Part shown: in pieces, positions 22,881 to 36,600 of the stretch
How the letters are laid out: each line of letters begins with the position of its first letter
How positions within the stretch are numbered: the stretch's first letter is position 1
From: Bugula neritina
Taxonomy: Eukaryota; Animalia; Bryozoa
NCBI GenBank assembly: GCA_964035545.1
Contig: OZ037765.1
Location: 18,042,995 to 18,106,994, forward strand
Reading direction: 5' to 3'
DNA: 64,000 nucleotides
Notes under the pieces: generated by a model
What the model was told of the DNA's origin: nothing
The model's database searches: none
Seen by the model: the letters and a program-made list of their open reading frames with translations, nothing else
Made by a program: the position numbers and the translations under genes

Positions 22881-25800
22881 ATGCTGTCAAAGTCAAGCTC
22901 AGGTTTGAACAAGCACAGTGGGACCGATCACCATGTTGAAATTTCTCCTCACAGTCAGTGTTGCAGTACAGAAACTCATCTTGACTTTGAAGATTCATCT
23001 AAATTAGTTGATGGCTGGCTATATGTTGATGTTTGCAATAAGCTAGATGACAAGACTCCTACTTCAGACTCCAAGACTGATCATTTGACTATGACCATGG
23101 CTACTGATTCAATGCCAACTTCTCATCTTCATGCATCACACTCCCAGTTGTCTTTTGAATCTGACCAGGTAATGTTTATAGTTTTTTTGATTGAATTTAA
23201 TATATGTATGAAATAATTACTTGTAGCATTACTAATACGTATGCTGATCTGGGCGTATGTAGTAAAAGTAGAACTGCAAAAAAATGTAGTTAGTTGACCA
23301 ACATAATAAATACTTGTTAGCTACCAGTAACAAATGGTTTTTCTTAAGTTGAGTAATTCATATACAACACACTTTCTTGGTCTTTTCTGATTGAAATATT
23401 GTATTTTCTTTGTAAGCATGTAAGATGTTTTAATTTGTTTATCTGTTATATCAATTAAACTTGATAGGTTTACTGGTAGAACAATGGTGGACAATTTTTC
23501 ACATTGAAACTAGTCAAAGTATACAGTGTAGGTAATTGTGTTGATCTTTTATAGTTGAAACAAAAAACAAAAAAGGCGATTGAATTTCTTGAAATTTCTT
23601 GTGGTCTCAACATCGTAGACTTTGTAGTAGCTTACTAAAGTATTAAATTCAATGATAAATGGGATGTTTGAAAAGCATAGTAATAACCTGTCATGTTTTT
23701 TGTATAGTTTGTACTGCTAGGTTCATGAAATCTGTTTTTTTCAATGGTGACAGGATAGAAAAACATGGCTGGATGACTTACCAGTTGATAAAGAACATTC
23801 CGGTGTTGGCTTTGCTTACAATCAAGAATACAAAGATGACGGGTATAAGCACCAGTACCACGAGTTTGAGGATAAGTGTTTGCGCTTCAAGTAGGTTGTT
23901 ATAAGTGGTATCCTAATGGATAAATGGTTATTTTAAAGGTGTTGACTTTTGTTATAGGGGAAAACTCTTGCATTTGTCTCAAATCTAAAAGGCCACCTTA
24001 ATCAAACAGTGTTCAATTTTGATGTTCTTTTTAACTCTTATTATTGTATTCCAAATCAGATGTTGGTAATAATTTTACTTTGAATACCATTCAGTCATGA
24101 AAATTGAGGAATTTTGAGTTAATTTTATTCTTTTTTCAAACATTTGTAAACTTTAAAGTTTTAAAAATTAATCTAATTATTGTCTGAATGATTCACAGCA
24201 ATAGTATTTAGTAAATGTGGTGAAATGAAATTGACGTCTAGACCAAACATCATCCATGTTGCTATCTGACTGGAAAAGTGTCTATTTTTAGCCAAATACT
24301 TATTAATGAGTTATATATACTATGCTGTAACTAAATCTCTACCACCATGATCATTGTGTTGCTAGAGTTTCGGAGAACTGCTACTTGTATGGTGTATTTG
24401 ACGGCCACAGTGGCACAAGAGCTTCTGAGTATGTTTCACAGTGGCTCCCTGCGGAGATATTACTGGGTCAGCTAGACTCTGTTACAAGTGATGATGAAAT
24501 ACAAGAGATTCTTCGCCAAGTCAGTATATTTAAAGTGATAATTCATTGCATACGTTACTCCATTTATATGCATGTATCTTATCGGCCATGGCTACTATTT
24601 TGCAGGCATATAAAACAGTTGAAAAGTTCTACTTTGACTCTCTTGGAGAGTTAATTGCAGAAAGGACATCTTTACAAAAAGAAATAGAAGGGTGTAATGC
24701 AGCTACAGTATGTAGTTTTTGTTATTATTTTTATTTTCAAATTGTAAATAAATTTACACAGTGATATAGTTACTTAGTGTGACAGCTGCAACTCTGCGGC
24801 TAAAGAAGTAAAGTATGGTGTATTTCTATTAACCAGCTTCTACAAACTTACAATTTAAAAAGTTTGAAATTGGCTTAAATTTTCTTGTGGCATAAATATA
24901 ACTGTGTCAAAGAATTAATTTCATGATGCAAAATTAATTTATACTTTTTATTGAGAATTTAAGTTTTCTTGCATTATAGAGTATATTCTTACAGTGTAAA
25001 AACCGCTGTGTTGGCTAGAATGGGTAAGTCCAACTTTTAAATGGTACAAAAGGTAGTTGGCAGAAGATTTTTAGCGTATATTTGAGTCACAGTTTTGCAG
25101 CTGTCGCACTCATGTCTGTTCAACTCTATTTAATTTAGTATTTTAGTAACGGCTGAAATTGAAGTAAAGGAATATTAATATACAGTAAACAACTACAAGA
25201 GCGACAAAGTGATACTCGCACATTTTTGTTATGATATAAAGTGTTTAGAGTTGCCCTCCCTAAAACAAATGACTAAAATTCAACATTTTGGACCAGCTTG
25301 ATATAGTATTATATACCAACAAAAACTGCTCGCTGATTCATAGCTGCTGAAATTTCAAGTGAAGAGTAAGCCTATTAAGACTTAAAAGATCAAATATAGA
25401 CTATATCTTGAGTATATAAAACTATAAAATGTTTAACTATCGAGCTATGCTTCTGTTCTATTTGTCACCCATTACCTAATGGTTTTTGTTTTACACCTTT
25501 TAAACTCTTTCTAACTACTTCTACCTGACAACATAAAGTTGTAGCATTTAACAGATCTTGCAAGCAAAAAGATATTACTGGTTCAAAATGTATTTTTATT
25601 GCTGCAAACTAGCCATTTTCTTTTTTTAAAGAATTTTATATATTTTTGTTAGTTTTATTATACTGAGCATAACCTTTTACTGTCTATATTATTATGTTTA
25701 GGAGTTGTATAGCTGTTTTATTAGCAAATGATTTTAAACTATGGTTGTAAGATTGAATAACTGATTGCAAGTTTAGTTGCTTCAATATTATTTCTGTTGA

Positions 25801-27677
25801 TTGAAAGTGACAAGAGGATTTCTCTTTATTTACATTTAACTAAGGATATAGTATAACTGTATGTATAGACTATAGAGTATAGACTAACAATTCTAGCAAT
25901 GTTTAGAAGTATTCCCTGTTTTTGGTCACAAAATGTTCACATCAGGACTGCAATGTATAAATATAAATGTTATTATCTTTCATGTAGCCTTTTGTGAATG
26001 TTGTACTTGCAGATGAAGCCTGAGCTTGTTGAAAGGTTACGTGTAGTAGATAATGAGCTGGGTAGTGGTACATCAGCTCTAGTAGCTCTTATCTTCAATG
26101 GAAAGATGTACATTTCTAATATTGGTAAGCCACTACACTCATTTGCTCATCAATGTTTCATCCTACCTTCTACTAGGCTAGTACTAGTGGACACTATGTG
26201 CACAAATTGAAATTTGTGTTTTGAGTTCTTTATGTCATGGACTAGTATGTTTCTATCTTATTTTAAGGCAACAGCCGTGCCTTGCTCTGCAGAACAGAAA
26301 ACGGCAAATTAAGAGTTGAGAAATTGAATGTTGACCATACTTTACAAAATGAAGATGAAGTCGAACGGCTACATCAATTGGGGTTTCCTAAAGAACAGCT
26401 AGTCAACAGTACCCGATTTGGACAGCAGCTCTACACACGATGTATTGGGGACTACAGTGTGAAGGGTGGCTACAAGGACAATGAACAGATGAGGTTGGCT
26501 ATTATTACCTTTCTTTTCAATACATAATTTATTTTCTATGACAAGAGTTAGGTAAAATCTCACTTGCTTTTTTATCCAGATGTTTCTTTATAGGTATGTG
26601 GTGTACTTCTTTTTTGATGTATTTACTAGGGTATAGTTAAAAAACATAAATTTTATTTTGCCTTATTTGTTTTACTTTTCACCCAATTGACATAATTTCT
26701 AAAATATGTTTTCTTTAGAAAACATGTCTTGAGAGAGCTGTAATAACTCATCACACACAATTGTATGCAGTTCCACCAAACAGTTCTGTATTTGTCAAAT
26801 AATAGCTTCCTCTTATATTAGAAAAGTAACTTGTAGTTGGGAAATTTTCACAAAGTTTTCATGCAAATCTTTGTCGTTCAACGTAATCTCTACTCCATGA
26901 CTATGCGATGTTTGATATTCAAAGTCTGCAATATTAATTTTCTGTTTTAGTTGTGCGGTGTCAGAGCCTGTGATTGCCATACCCGATCTGGAAAATCCCA
27001 TCACCCTTGACGAATCTTGCAACTTTCTTTTACTAATGTCAGATGGGGTTTACAGAAGTTTATTTGATGCCACGGAGACTGGGCATGTAAATGGCGACAT
27101 TGCTGGCATTGTAGCTGCAGAGTTTCCAAGACAGTCAACTTTAAACGGTGTTGGCCAGGCTGCCATTGACAAAATTACAAGGACTCATCACGATGCATTT
27201 GCTTTGGCATTGCCAGGTGATAGCAGGCATAGCAAGTGCTCTTCTAGAGATGACATGACACTGCTTATTAGGAATTTCAATTACAGCCTGAAAGCTCACA
27301 ATGTAGAAAAGGTACCTTCATCATTCCCATTGCCAGCTAATCACCAGATTGAAAGTTCTGAAAGTACACCAACAGACACTGTGGCTGCACCAATTGATAG
27401 ATACAACATCACAACAAACCCATTCTTTGCTCAGTTGAAGTACTCGCTAGATTCATATAATCTGGACTCTAATCCAGACTCCATAGCTGACTCTCTCAAG
27501 TCTACAGGCAGCACATCAGCTCTTGAACTAGACGCTGATGGACGCTTAGAACCTTATGTCAGCTTTAAAGACTTTGATGCTGCACTAGAAGCTATGAGTG
27601 ACCGAGAACGACAGAAATTTGAGCAGAGCCTGGTTCCAAAGATGGATTGTGAACCAATAATTGAACACCCAGAATAA
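22881..27677 (+). CDS. TAB1: TAK1-binding protein 1 (PP2C-fold), 7 coding exons
   Basis: Exons 22881-23168, 23754-23890 (TWLDDLP...SGVGFAYN), 24366-24519 (YLYGVFDGHSG...AEILLGQL), 24606-24707, 26013-26124, 26268-26493 (TRCIGDYSVKGGYKD) and 26951-27677 (LMSDGV, RDDMTLLIRNF, C-terminal GRLEPYVSF resembling the TAK1-binding GRVEPYVDF). All phases are consistent. The first exon and start codon are less certain. Confidence 0.93.
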
Positions 27678-28512
27678 ACGACATCATTGATGCTGTTTCA
27701 TGGATGCTTTCCCAAATTTAACTTGAATGATGCTGGAAAATGTCTAGTTTTAATTTTTTATTTCAGAGTGTTCTTGGCTTTTAAAGAACCTTATTTGTAT
27801 AACTTTTGTATTTATTCCTGGATTTTTAATAATAATACTTTGTAAAAATGCTTGCATTGCAAATTATGGATATTACAATATTTGTATTACTGAGGTGATA
27901 TTCACTGTAGTAGCCTTAAACTTTCTATTTTTTCGGTTTGTGCTAGTTTTATAGTGTAAAACATTTTCTATACAACTGAGTATTAAATAATATTTAATTT
28001 TATTAGCTTATTCCTATTTGAATATCTGTTCTTTAAATTATGCCTATAAAATCCATAAATCCAAAATTCAATACATACACATGTTCTTTACTTTTTTTTC
28101 TCAACTGAGAATTTAAATATTTTCACAGCATTATTGTAGAAGGTTAATTTGTTCAACCCTATCTATTATTCCATTATTTTGTAAAATTGATGAAAATATA
28201 ACATCAATATTTTGACTTGCTTCAGTATATCCCCAATTGATGGTCTAAAAATTTCAAAAATCCTGCCGAATGATGTGTCTATAAGAATTTATTTAAGTAT
28301 TCCTGATATTTTGCTGTACAGTAACAATGACCATAAATAAATAACATGTTTCTTGAAATTTACATTCAGCTATAGTAGTTAGTACACAACACTTGCCATG
28401 ACTTACTTAGGCTGACTGAAGACTATTTATAGCCTTATTCACTGAGAAAAATCTACAAAGCACAGTTTGAGATTGATTGAGAATAATATATACTAGTTCT
28501 TATTCACTATAT

Positions 28513-31500
28513 CTATAACCTTTTCAATTGTTTCTTTTTGTCATTTTTTCTCTTAGTTGTAGATTTAATTTCTAAGGCAGGTTTCTTAGATTGAGTGGGA
28601 TCGTCTAACTGCATGTCTTTTTTTATTCTACAACAATAACAAATGCGACTAAAAACTAACCATAATCAATTGTCTTGGAACACAAATCTAGAAGCCAGCA
28701 TAACTAAATTTCATCACACAATGTTTTGTTACAGGGAAGTGGACATAGTAGTACATCATTATCCAAATTATCCACTGATATTAAAATAACGCAAATTAGG
28801 AGACATATTGACAACTCATAAAAAATGTGGCCAACATGAAAATGAAAATTTTGCTATGTAAAGAACCTCTGAGGTCCAGTGCTGGGGCTCTGAGGTCTAA
28901 CATTACTCTTTAACAAATTTTATAGATTAAAAACAGTCATATGCTGGTTTTATCTTAAAAAAAGCTTATCACTAAACACACCTTTATCTAGTAATTTTAC
29001 TTTTTTGAAACAAATAATGACTTTGAAGCATACTTCAATAGTCAGATGGTCGACAAAATAGAATTTATATAATTTCAAAATGTAGTTATCTAATTGAGGG
29101 TGGAATTTCAAGAACAATTATCGACTGCATATATATAGTATAGGTTTTTGAGTTTGACCCAGTTTGAGTTTGGACCAGTATGGGTGTCGGTTGATGCTGG
29201 CTGCATCTAAATTACACATAAGGTAACTAAACTTTTATTGGTACTCTTTTCACGTTTAGTGAACCGGCACGCAGGTAATTTTCTAACTTTGCCACCAGCT
29301 AAGAGGCATTTAGTTATACAATTCATCTTTTATTCAACACTTAAATAACAATTCAATCAATAGAGTAAAACTGATTAAGAGTAGTTCAATGCCATACCAC
29401 TACGTAGCTAGAGAATCAGTATAAAAGTTAAATATACTCTAATGTATTGTTATAACAATCCCAAGATACTATGTTTTGATACGAAGACTAACATGATTTA
29501 GAAGTCACTTTATTCAAACTTCCTAGATCACAGTAGTATCAGCTACATCTTAGAAGCTAGCAAGCCTATATTATAACTATAGTTGACAACAATCAATTTC
29601 TAATATTGACAATAATTGCGGTATAATCATCAACAGGAGAAATATATTATATATACAACTTGTATAAATAAAAACAACAATCCCCAGGGTGCCTGCTACA
29701 TAAACTATTTCCACGTCATCTTCAGAGTCAAAACTTGAGCGAATTTATTTGCTATGCACAAGTTTTTTTGGGGAGAAATGTGTCTAAGATAGCACTAAAA
29801 CTAGAAAAAATCAGACAGTTTTAAAGCGGTAAATATTGAAAACAAAAACTAAACTAAATGATAAAAACTGATTTACAGCATTTTTTAAATAGTTTCTTCA
29901 AAATACTAATGACTTATTACAACAAATAAAAAGGGAAGTTTTATAATACATAGTTACTGTAACTGGGAAAAAGAAACATTTTTAAACTGAAAATTGTAAC
30001 AAAATTTTTCATGTGAAACCACTTTTAGCATAGACTTTACTACCAACACACACATGATGCATAATATAATGAAAGGTAATATTTTTAATGTTTGTTTCAT
30101 TATGACTAGGAATAATCTTACTAACTTATACAACACACTGCTGTAACATTTCTACATGTTGTAACATATTGTCATGTGTTTATAAGGTTATTTTATGATA
30201 ATTTTGTAATCATACATTTATTCATTGTAAAACAAAATGTTTAAATGTCAATTTGAACTATTTTTTTGCATTCAGCATTTATTGAAAAAGACACCTCTGG
30301 AACATCTAGGCTCAAACCAACAGATAAAATTGGATTGAAGGCTGAATTAGTCTTAGTTCCACTCTTTCTATTGAGCAGAGCAGTCACTAAGCAACATTAC
30401 TTCTACTACTTACTTTGATGGTCTCGCATGAATTTCTGTATGTAGCTTGGCTCTGCTACAGAAATCCTCGTATTGTTCTAATAACAGTTTACCAGCTTCT
30501 TCATTGAGCGCTGATTCCGGGTTAGGGTTGATTAGCAAGCATTTGATTACCTTGACATGAAAACAAACAGGTATCAGAGAACTAAGTTGGCAAGAGTGAC
30601 TGAAGAGAAGTAAAACAATTTAGCAAAAGTAGAGAACAAATGCTATAATTTATATTAGAATTGAAAGCTGTCATAACTTACTTATATATGCAAAATATAC
30701 TCACTAATAAAACATGTTTAATGCCGAGTTTGGGATCCCAATCTTTTTTTAATGCATTGACACAAATTTCACCATTACCAGAGACATTGGGATGAAATAT
30801 TTTTGTGATAAAGAAACCTCTGGGTGGTTCAGCTGGAAAAGACTTGCCAAGAACCAACTTCATGTGAAATGACCCACCAGCATATGGTGTCCCAGCTGCA
30901 ATTTCATACATACATGCATTATTTTACATTCAACAGGATATATGTGTATAGCTTCTGACAATTTGACAAAACTAGAAATTGATAATTAAATCAACGACAA
31001 TGAAGATTTTTTAAACATCCCATCTTCTGAGAAGGGAAGAAAATATGCAACTTGGTTTAAGAAAATTTAATGTAATTTTCGAAATACAATTAAAACAAAA
31101 CACATGCAACAAACATTGACCAACAATTGAGGATACATAAAAATGAAATAGCTTAAATAGCTATTAATTTCAAAACTATAACATGAACCCAGCTACCACT
31201 AGACACAGATGTTAGGTGTGTCTGCATATCAGTCACATATAAACTATATGTAGTAGAAGGCAAGGTAGTTGAGCATACAGGCTACAAATATTATTATTCA
31301 AGCTAAACAATTCACAATAAAATTCATTACAACAAACTTAATAAATTTTCATTAAAAAATATTGGGCTTTCAAAAAATTGGCTATCTCCAGAATAGACCT
31401 TGATTCAGGTTATTTATAATGGAATTTTATCATATTTTAATGTTTCCTATAAGAAATCTTATTATAAGATTCAACTACCTGATGTTAAAAATTAATTTTA

Positions 31501-31986
31501 TGCCTTACAATTTAAATAAAGATAACTTTATATGGAAATCTTCCATGAACTGTAACTTGATATGAGAAATAAAGAAATATCTTTACCTGGCCCATCAATC
31601 ACAGCTTGTATATCAGTAATATCTTCTTCATTGGTAATAATTCGAATACCTTCAGGGGCATCTGTCACAAGGTCACTCACCTCTCTGGTCAACATTCGAA
31701 TTATTTGAGGAGAGAGATTCTCCACATTGCTCTAAAGTATTACAAGAGTGTAAAAAACATCAACTAAAAACCAAATCATAATCTCCCACCCTAAAAAAAG
31801 CTTAATTTTTTAATCAAATTTAATAATTACTTGAGTGCACTTTTGAAAACACCGAGTTAATTAATACATGGCATTACTAAGTAAATAATGTTGAGATGCG
31901 TTATTGATAGGTTCATATTGCAATTTTTATAGGCTGCTTTAAAGTTACAAGCAACCATGTGTTAGTATCACTCTTACCGTAGACAT
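28513..31986 (-). CDS. UBE2S: Ubiquitin-conjugating enzyme E2 S, 5 coding exons
   Basis: Exons 31978-31986 (MST), 31587-31731 ([12 protein letters not shown]...), 30705-30895 (GTPYAGG...[22 protein letters not shown], catalytic Cys), 30414-30550 ([17 protein letters not shown]) and 28513-28627 (Lys-rich tail ending KKKQLKRL*, matching the APC/C-binding LRRL tail). Confidence 0.95.
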
Positions 31987-33867
31987 TGTGCTCTGAATTC
32001 TTGTGTCAACAGCTCAAAATGGTGACCATCTACAAAAAAAGCTTATTCAGTGACAATAAGAACTAGGCAACCACTCATTTTATCTCAGATAATTTGTGAT
32101 ATAAAGCATTCATAGCAAGTGTGGTGGCAGTTACAAAGTTTGAATTAAATAGAAAAACAGAGATGTCAGGTTTCATATAAAACATCAACAGCATCGCTAT
32201 TCGTAAACTTTTCAGGTACCTGTGCCATAAGTGCACAACTCATTTTTTTTTAAAGTTGAACTTGAAGTAACTGGAGCTTTTTTAAATCTAAAATGAATTA
32301 ATGTCTACTTGGAGGCAGGATTATAAAACTGTCTCAAAAGCATATATATCATAGTAGTTTCTTATCAAGAACCATTAGACACCGGAGAAGCATAGATCAA
32401 AAAACTTAACACCACCTCCACTTAACCTCAACCTATAGTCAAGAAAATTTCACACTATGAACCAAATCAAAATGACTAAAAGTAAATCTATCAATGCAGC
32501 AGAACTATAACTATAACTTCTAAGTATTAGAAATAGATTTACTTTTGGTATAACCATAAGTATAACATTAACTACTAATTAAATTAAAGTGCATAGTTAT
32601 GTGTTTATAATATTAATATTGTAATTCACTAATTGTTCAAATTATATAATAAAATCAAATTATAAAAATATAAATTCAAAATAAAAATTATCAAAACAAA
32701 TAATTTTTAACCATTCTATTTATTAAAATACTAATAGTAACATTAATACTAATAAGTACTAATATTAATTAATAAATATAATGATTAATTATTATTATAA
32801 TAATAATTTATTAAATTTATAATAACTATAACTGTATAGTGTATAAGCATATCTATAGGTAATATTTAAACTTTATACTATAGTTTATAAGTATAAGTAC
32901 AACTACAAGTATAACATTAACTATAACTATAAGTATAAGTCATTAAGTGATTAGGTCTTGTACTTATAGTTATAGTATTAGTTATTGAGTTATAGACTAT
33001 AATTTAAATTATTATAATTATTATCATAATCATTTCCATTATGACCATAATATTAGTTATACTTATAAATATAATTATAGTAATACTAATAGTAATACTA
33101 AGAGTACTACTAATACTCATACTGGTAATACTAATACAATAACAATAGTTACACTTATACTTATACTTATAGTTATAACTATAAGTTATAGTTGATAACT
33201 ATAAGATCAAGTATAAGCATAACTTTGGTATACTTAATTTTATAGTTATAGTAACACTAACACTTTGACTTACACTAACAGTAACTAAGACTACGAGTAA
33301 GTGTAAATATAAGTTTAAGTGTAAGTTTACTAACAGTAACTCGACTCAGACTGAGACTGTTACAACTACAAGTAGTGGTACAACCTTAAAGTTGAAGGCA
33401 CAGTTAAACTTAATGTTATATAATATATATAAATTAAAAGACAAAACTCCAAACTTCTATGTAGTCATACTAGTAAATTGAACAACCGAGCTAATTATAG
33501 TAATAATGCTTTTAATATCGTACTCAGCTAGATTAAATGATAAAGTCAAAGTCAAACTCTACTAGAATAAGTCCAGTATATGACCATGAAAAAACACCGT
33601 TGCTCATCGTAAATATGAATTGTCCAATTACAGACACGAAATAGCGTGAACACTTTTGCACGCCGTAAACAAACTCGTGAAAAATCGAACATAGCATTTT
33701 ACGTCTAATTTCCCAGCTTTGAACACTGAAGAAAACTTTGAACTCGACAACATGAGTTATCTACTCAAAAAAGAAAGCTCCTAGAACTTAGATCGACACT
33801 CGACCAGTGTGAATTTTAACTCTTTGGATTACTCTACTGAGTCTACTACCCTTATCACCATAAATAG

Positions 33868-34055
33868 TTCTATAAGCAGCTCCGGTGAATGAGTGCAGTA
33901 GTTGAAGGGTCTTGAGCTTAGAGTTGGAGAAGTAACTCCAAACACTGAGCTAGGAAAGATAATATTAATTGAGTTCATTGACTCCAAACGTCAGCCCTTC
34001 CCCCCACCCCGAACTTTTGCACTCATTCACCACTAATTCGGAGCTGCTCATAGAA
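33868..34055. mobile_element. Small foldback/MITE-like element (about 190 bp); a second, interrupted copy spans about 19621-20547
   Basis: Inverted ends TTCTATAAGCAGCTCCG..GTGAATGAGTGCA and TGCACTCATTCACC..CGGAGCTGCTCATAGAA. Its reverse complement resembles 20468-20547 and, more weakly, 19621-19710. Confidence 0.7.
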
Positions 34056-34504
34056 TCACTATCACTATAGCCTCTACAGCTGCTAAGTTGATTGTTGGTT
34101 AAACTAGTAGTAGTTCAAGTTGTCATGTGTTACACTTACAGTTACATTAACACTTGTTGTGCTATTGCCTGAGGCTGATGGCTGTTAGTATTAGTTTTAG
34201 CAATAGTATCACTACTAGTACTACTCCATTACTATTACTTTTAGTATTATTCGATCAAAGCTCATGGCATTTGTCTTTGAATTGTGACTTATGAGTCATG
34301 ACTATCACTATGAGTATGAGTAGCATTAACAGTGGGTGTAACTGATCACAATGATGATGATAATATTAATTATTATTATAATATAAATATTAGTAGTAAT
34401 AATTATATTTATAATCGTGATCATGATGATAATCTAAATCTTGATTATAATAAAATATAAATAAATCAATAATAATACTAATCTAAATTCAAGTAGAAAT
34501 CACT

Positions 34505-36600
34505 GAACTGTGGAAACATTGAAAATGAAGAGTGTGGCATACAAGAAAGCAGCGGGGGTACTTGGTAAACCACAAAGGATGCACCAAGACTGGTTTAGTG
34601 AGGGTGACGAGAAACTGAACAAACTGCTTAAAGAGAGGAATATTGCTAGAAATAAGGTACTATCTCAAAACACAAGAGCCAATAAGGCTAAGATTGTGGA
34701 GACAAGAAGCGTACTTCAACAGTACACTAGAAAGCTGAAATATCATTGGTGGGAAGAGAAAGTAGGGGTTTGCAGCTTGCTGCTGACCGCAATGATATGA
34801 AAGAGCTCTATCATGGGCTGCAGGAAGTATACGGTCTAAAAAGAAGAGGTACCACCAACTAAGAATGCTTGATGGAGAAGATATTCTCCAAGACAAAAAC
34901 AAAACCCTTGAACTATTTGATGAGCATTTTAACCAACTACAAAATGTTCCATGAAGCACAGATCATAGAACACTTGATAGCATTTCTCAGCGGCCGATTG
35001 TAGACAGTCTTGATAAATTTATAAATGAAAAAGAATTATTAAGTGCCACCAAGAGAACAAAAGAGAACAAAGCTCCAGGAGTTGCGATATTGTAGCCGAG
35101 GTGTGAAAATGTAGAGGTGAGAAGTTGCAATTATCATTGTTTTGCTTGATTAAAGACATCTGGGAAAAAACAAGTATTACAAAATTAAAAAGATGCTAAC
35201 ATCATGCCAGTATTCAAAAAGTGAGACCGTGAATACTGTGGGAACTATCGTGGAATTTCGCTTCTGTCAATTGCAGGAAAGATTATGGCCTGTATGCTGC
35301 TGAATTGCTTAAGTGTAAGCATAGCTGCTGTGGTTTTCGAGAAGGCCGCAGTACTATTGATATGTTATTCAGCCTCCGTCAAGTTCAGGATAAATGCCAA
35401 GAGCAAAACATGCCTCTGTATGCAGTATTCATTGATTTCACAAAGGCTTTTGACACTGTACCAAGAGATGGACTTTAGCCTGTATTGAAGTTCAACTAGG
35501 GTGCATGGCTAAAATATTCAACTTGATCCGATTACTAAATGATGGCATGCAAAAGTGTCATCTGACAGGTTTCCAGTACAAAATGGTGCCAAGCAGGGCT
35601 GTGTCTTGGCTCCTACCCTGTTTTCTCTCTACCTTGGCGCTATGCTGGAGGTTGCTTTTAAAGATGTAAACAAGGAGGTATACATCCAGACTAGATCTGA
35701 TACCAATCTATTTAAAGTTTCCTAGTTTCAATCAAAGACCCGCACAACTGAAGTCCTTGTCAGAAAGATGTTGTTTGCGGATGACAGTGCACTTGTTACT
35801 CATTCTGCAGAAGACATGCAGGCGCTTGTAAATTGTTTAGCCAAAGCAGCTTCACAATTTAGTTTAAAAATAAACATTAAGGTATCGGAATGCCTGTATC
35901 AGCCAGTTAAGATCACCCGCTCACCACCGGAGCCAGTAAATATAATCATCAACAATAAACCCTTAGTACAGTGTACTTATTTAAAATTTCTTGGCAGCAC
36001 AGTCTCCAACAATACCAGGTTAGAAAAAGAGCTCAGCTACAGAATTAGAAATGCCAATGCCGCTTTTGATAAACTCCAACGTCGTCTCTAGAGAAACAGA
36101 CACGTGTCCATCTGAGTCAATTGTAAAGTGTACAGAGCTGTTGTCATGACAGCTTTATTGTATGGAGCTGAGACTTGGATGGTGTACCGTACCCAAGTTA
36201 ACAGACTACATACCTACATGATGAGGTAACTGAGAATAATACAAAACATTGCATGGCAAGATAAAGTCACAAACAGGGATATTTTTAAATGAGCAGGTTT
36301 GCCATCCATGGCTGACATACTTATAGAAAAGAGATTTCGGTGGCTGGACCATATACATCGAATGAATGGAAAATGCCTACCCAGGCAGTTACTGTATTCT
36401 CAACTCTGTAAAGGTAAAAGGAATCATGGCAGACTACGGCTGCGATTCAAAGATGTCGCTAAGCGCAACATGAAGTGGAGAGAGATAGACACAGAAAGAC
36501 GACAAGCGGCTGCAGAAAACAGAATGGTGTGGAGAGCCGCCATTAAGCGTAAGCATAAAACAGTCATTGTCAAATCAATCGACTGCAGAGAAAAAGAAAA
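34505..36600 (+). mobile_element. Decayed, 5'-truncated RTE-clade LINE (RT pseudogene)
   Basis: ORF broken by stops and frameshifts: HQDWF, WWEEK, KAPG, GNYRGISLLSIAGK, FIDFTKAFDTV, KQGCVLAPTLF, LFADD, LLYGAETW, RWLDHIHRM..PRQLLY..GKR..GR.RLRFKD. No endonuclease domain seen. Confidence 0.92.

Noticed and set aside
29705-29783. Possible alternative terminal exon of UBE2S (HISPQKNL...WK*)
   Set aside because: The acceptor and phase are compatible, but there is no homology and a short open frame like this is expected by chance.
30410-30414. In-frame TAA at the UBE2S exon 4 donor, which could give a tail-less isoform
   Set aside because: Any phase-2 GTAA donor creates this stop. There is no evidence of intron retention, and the canonical LKRL exon exists downstream.
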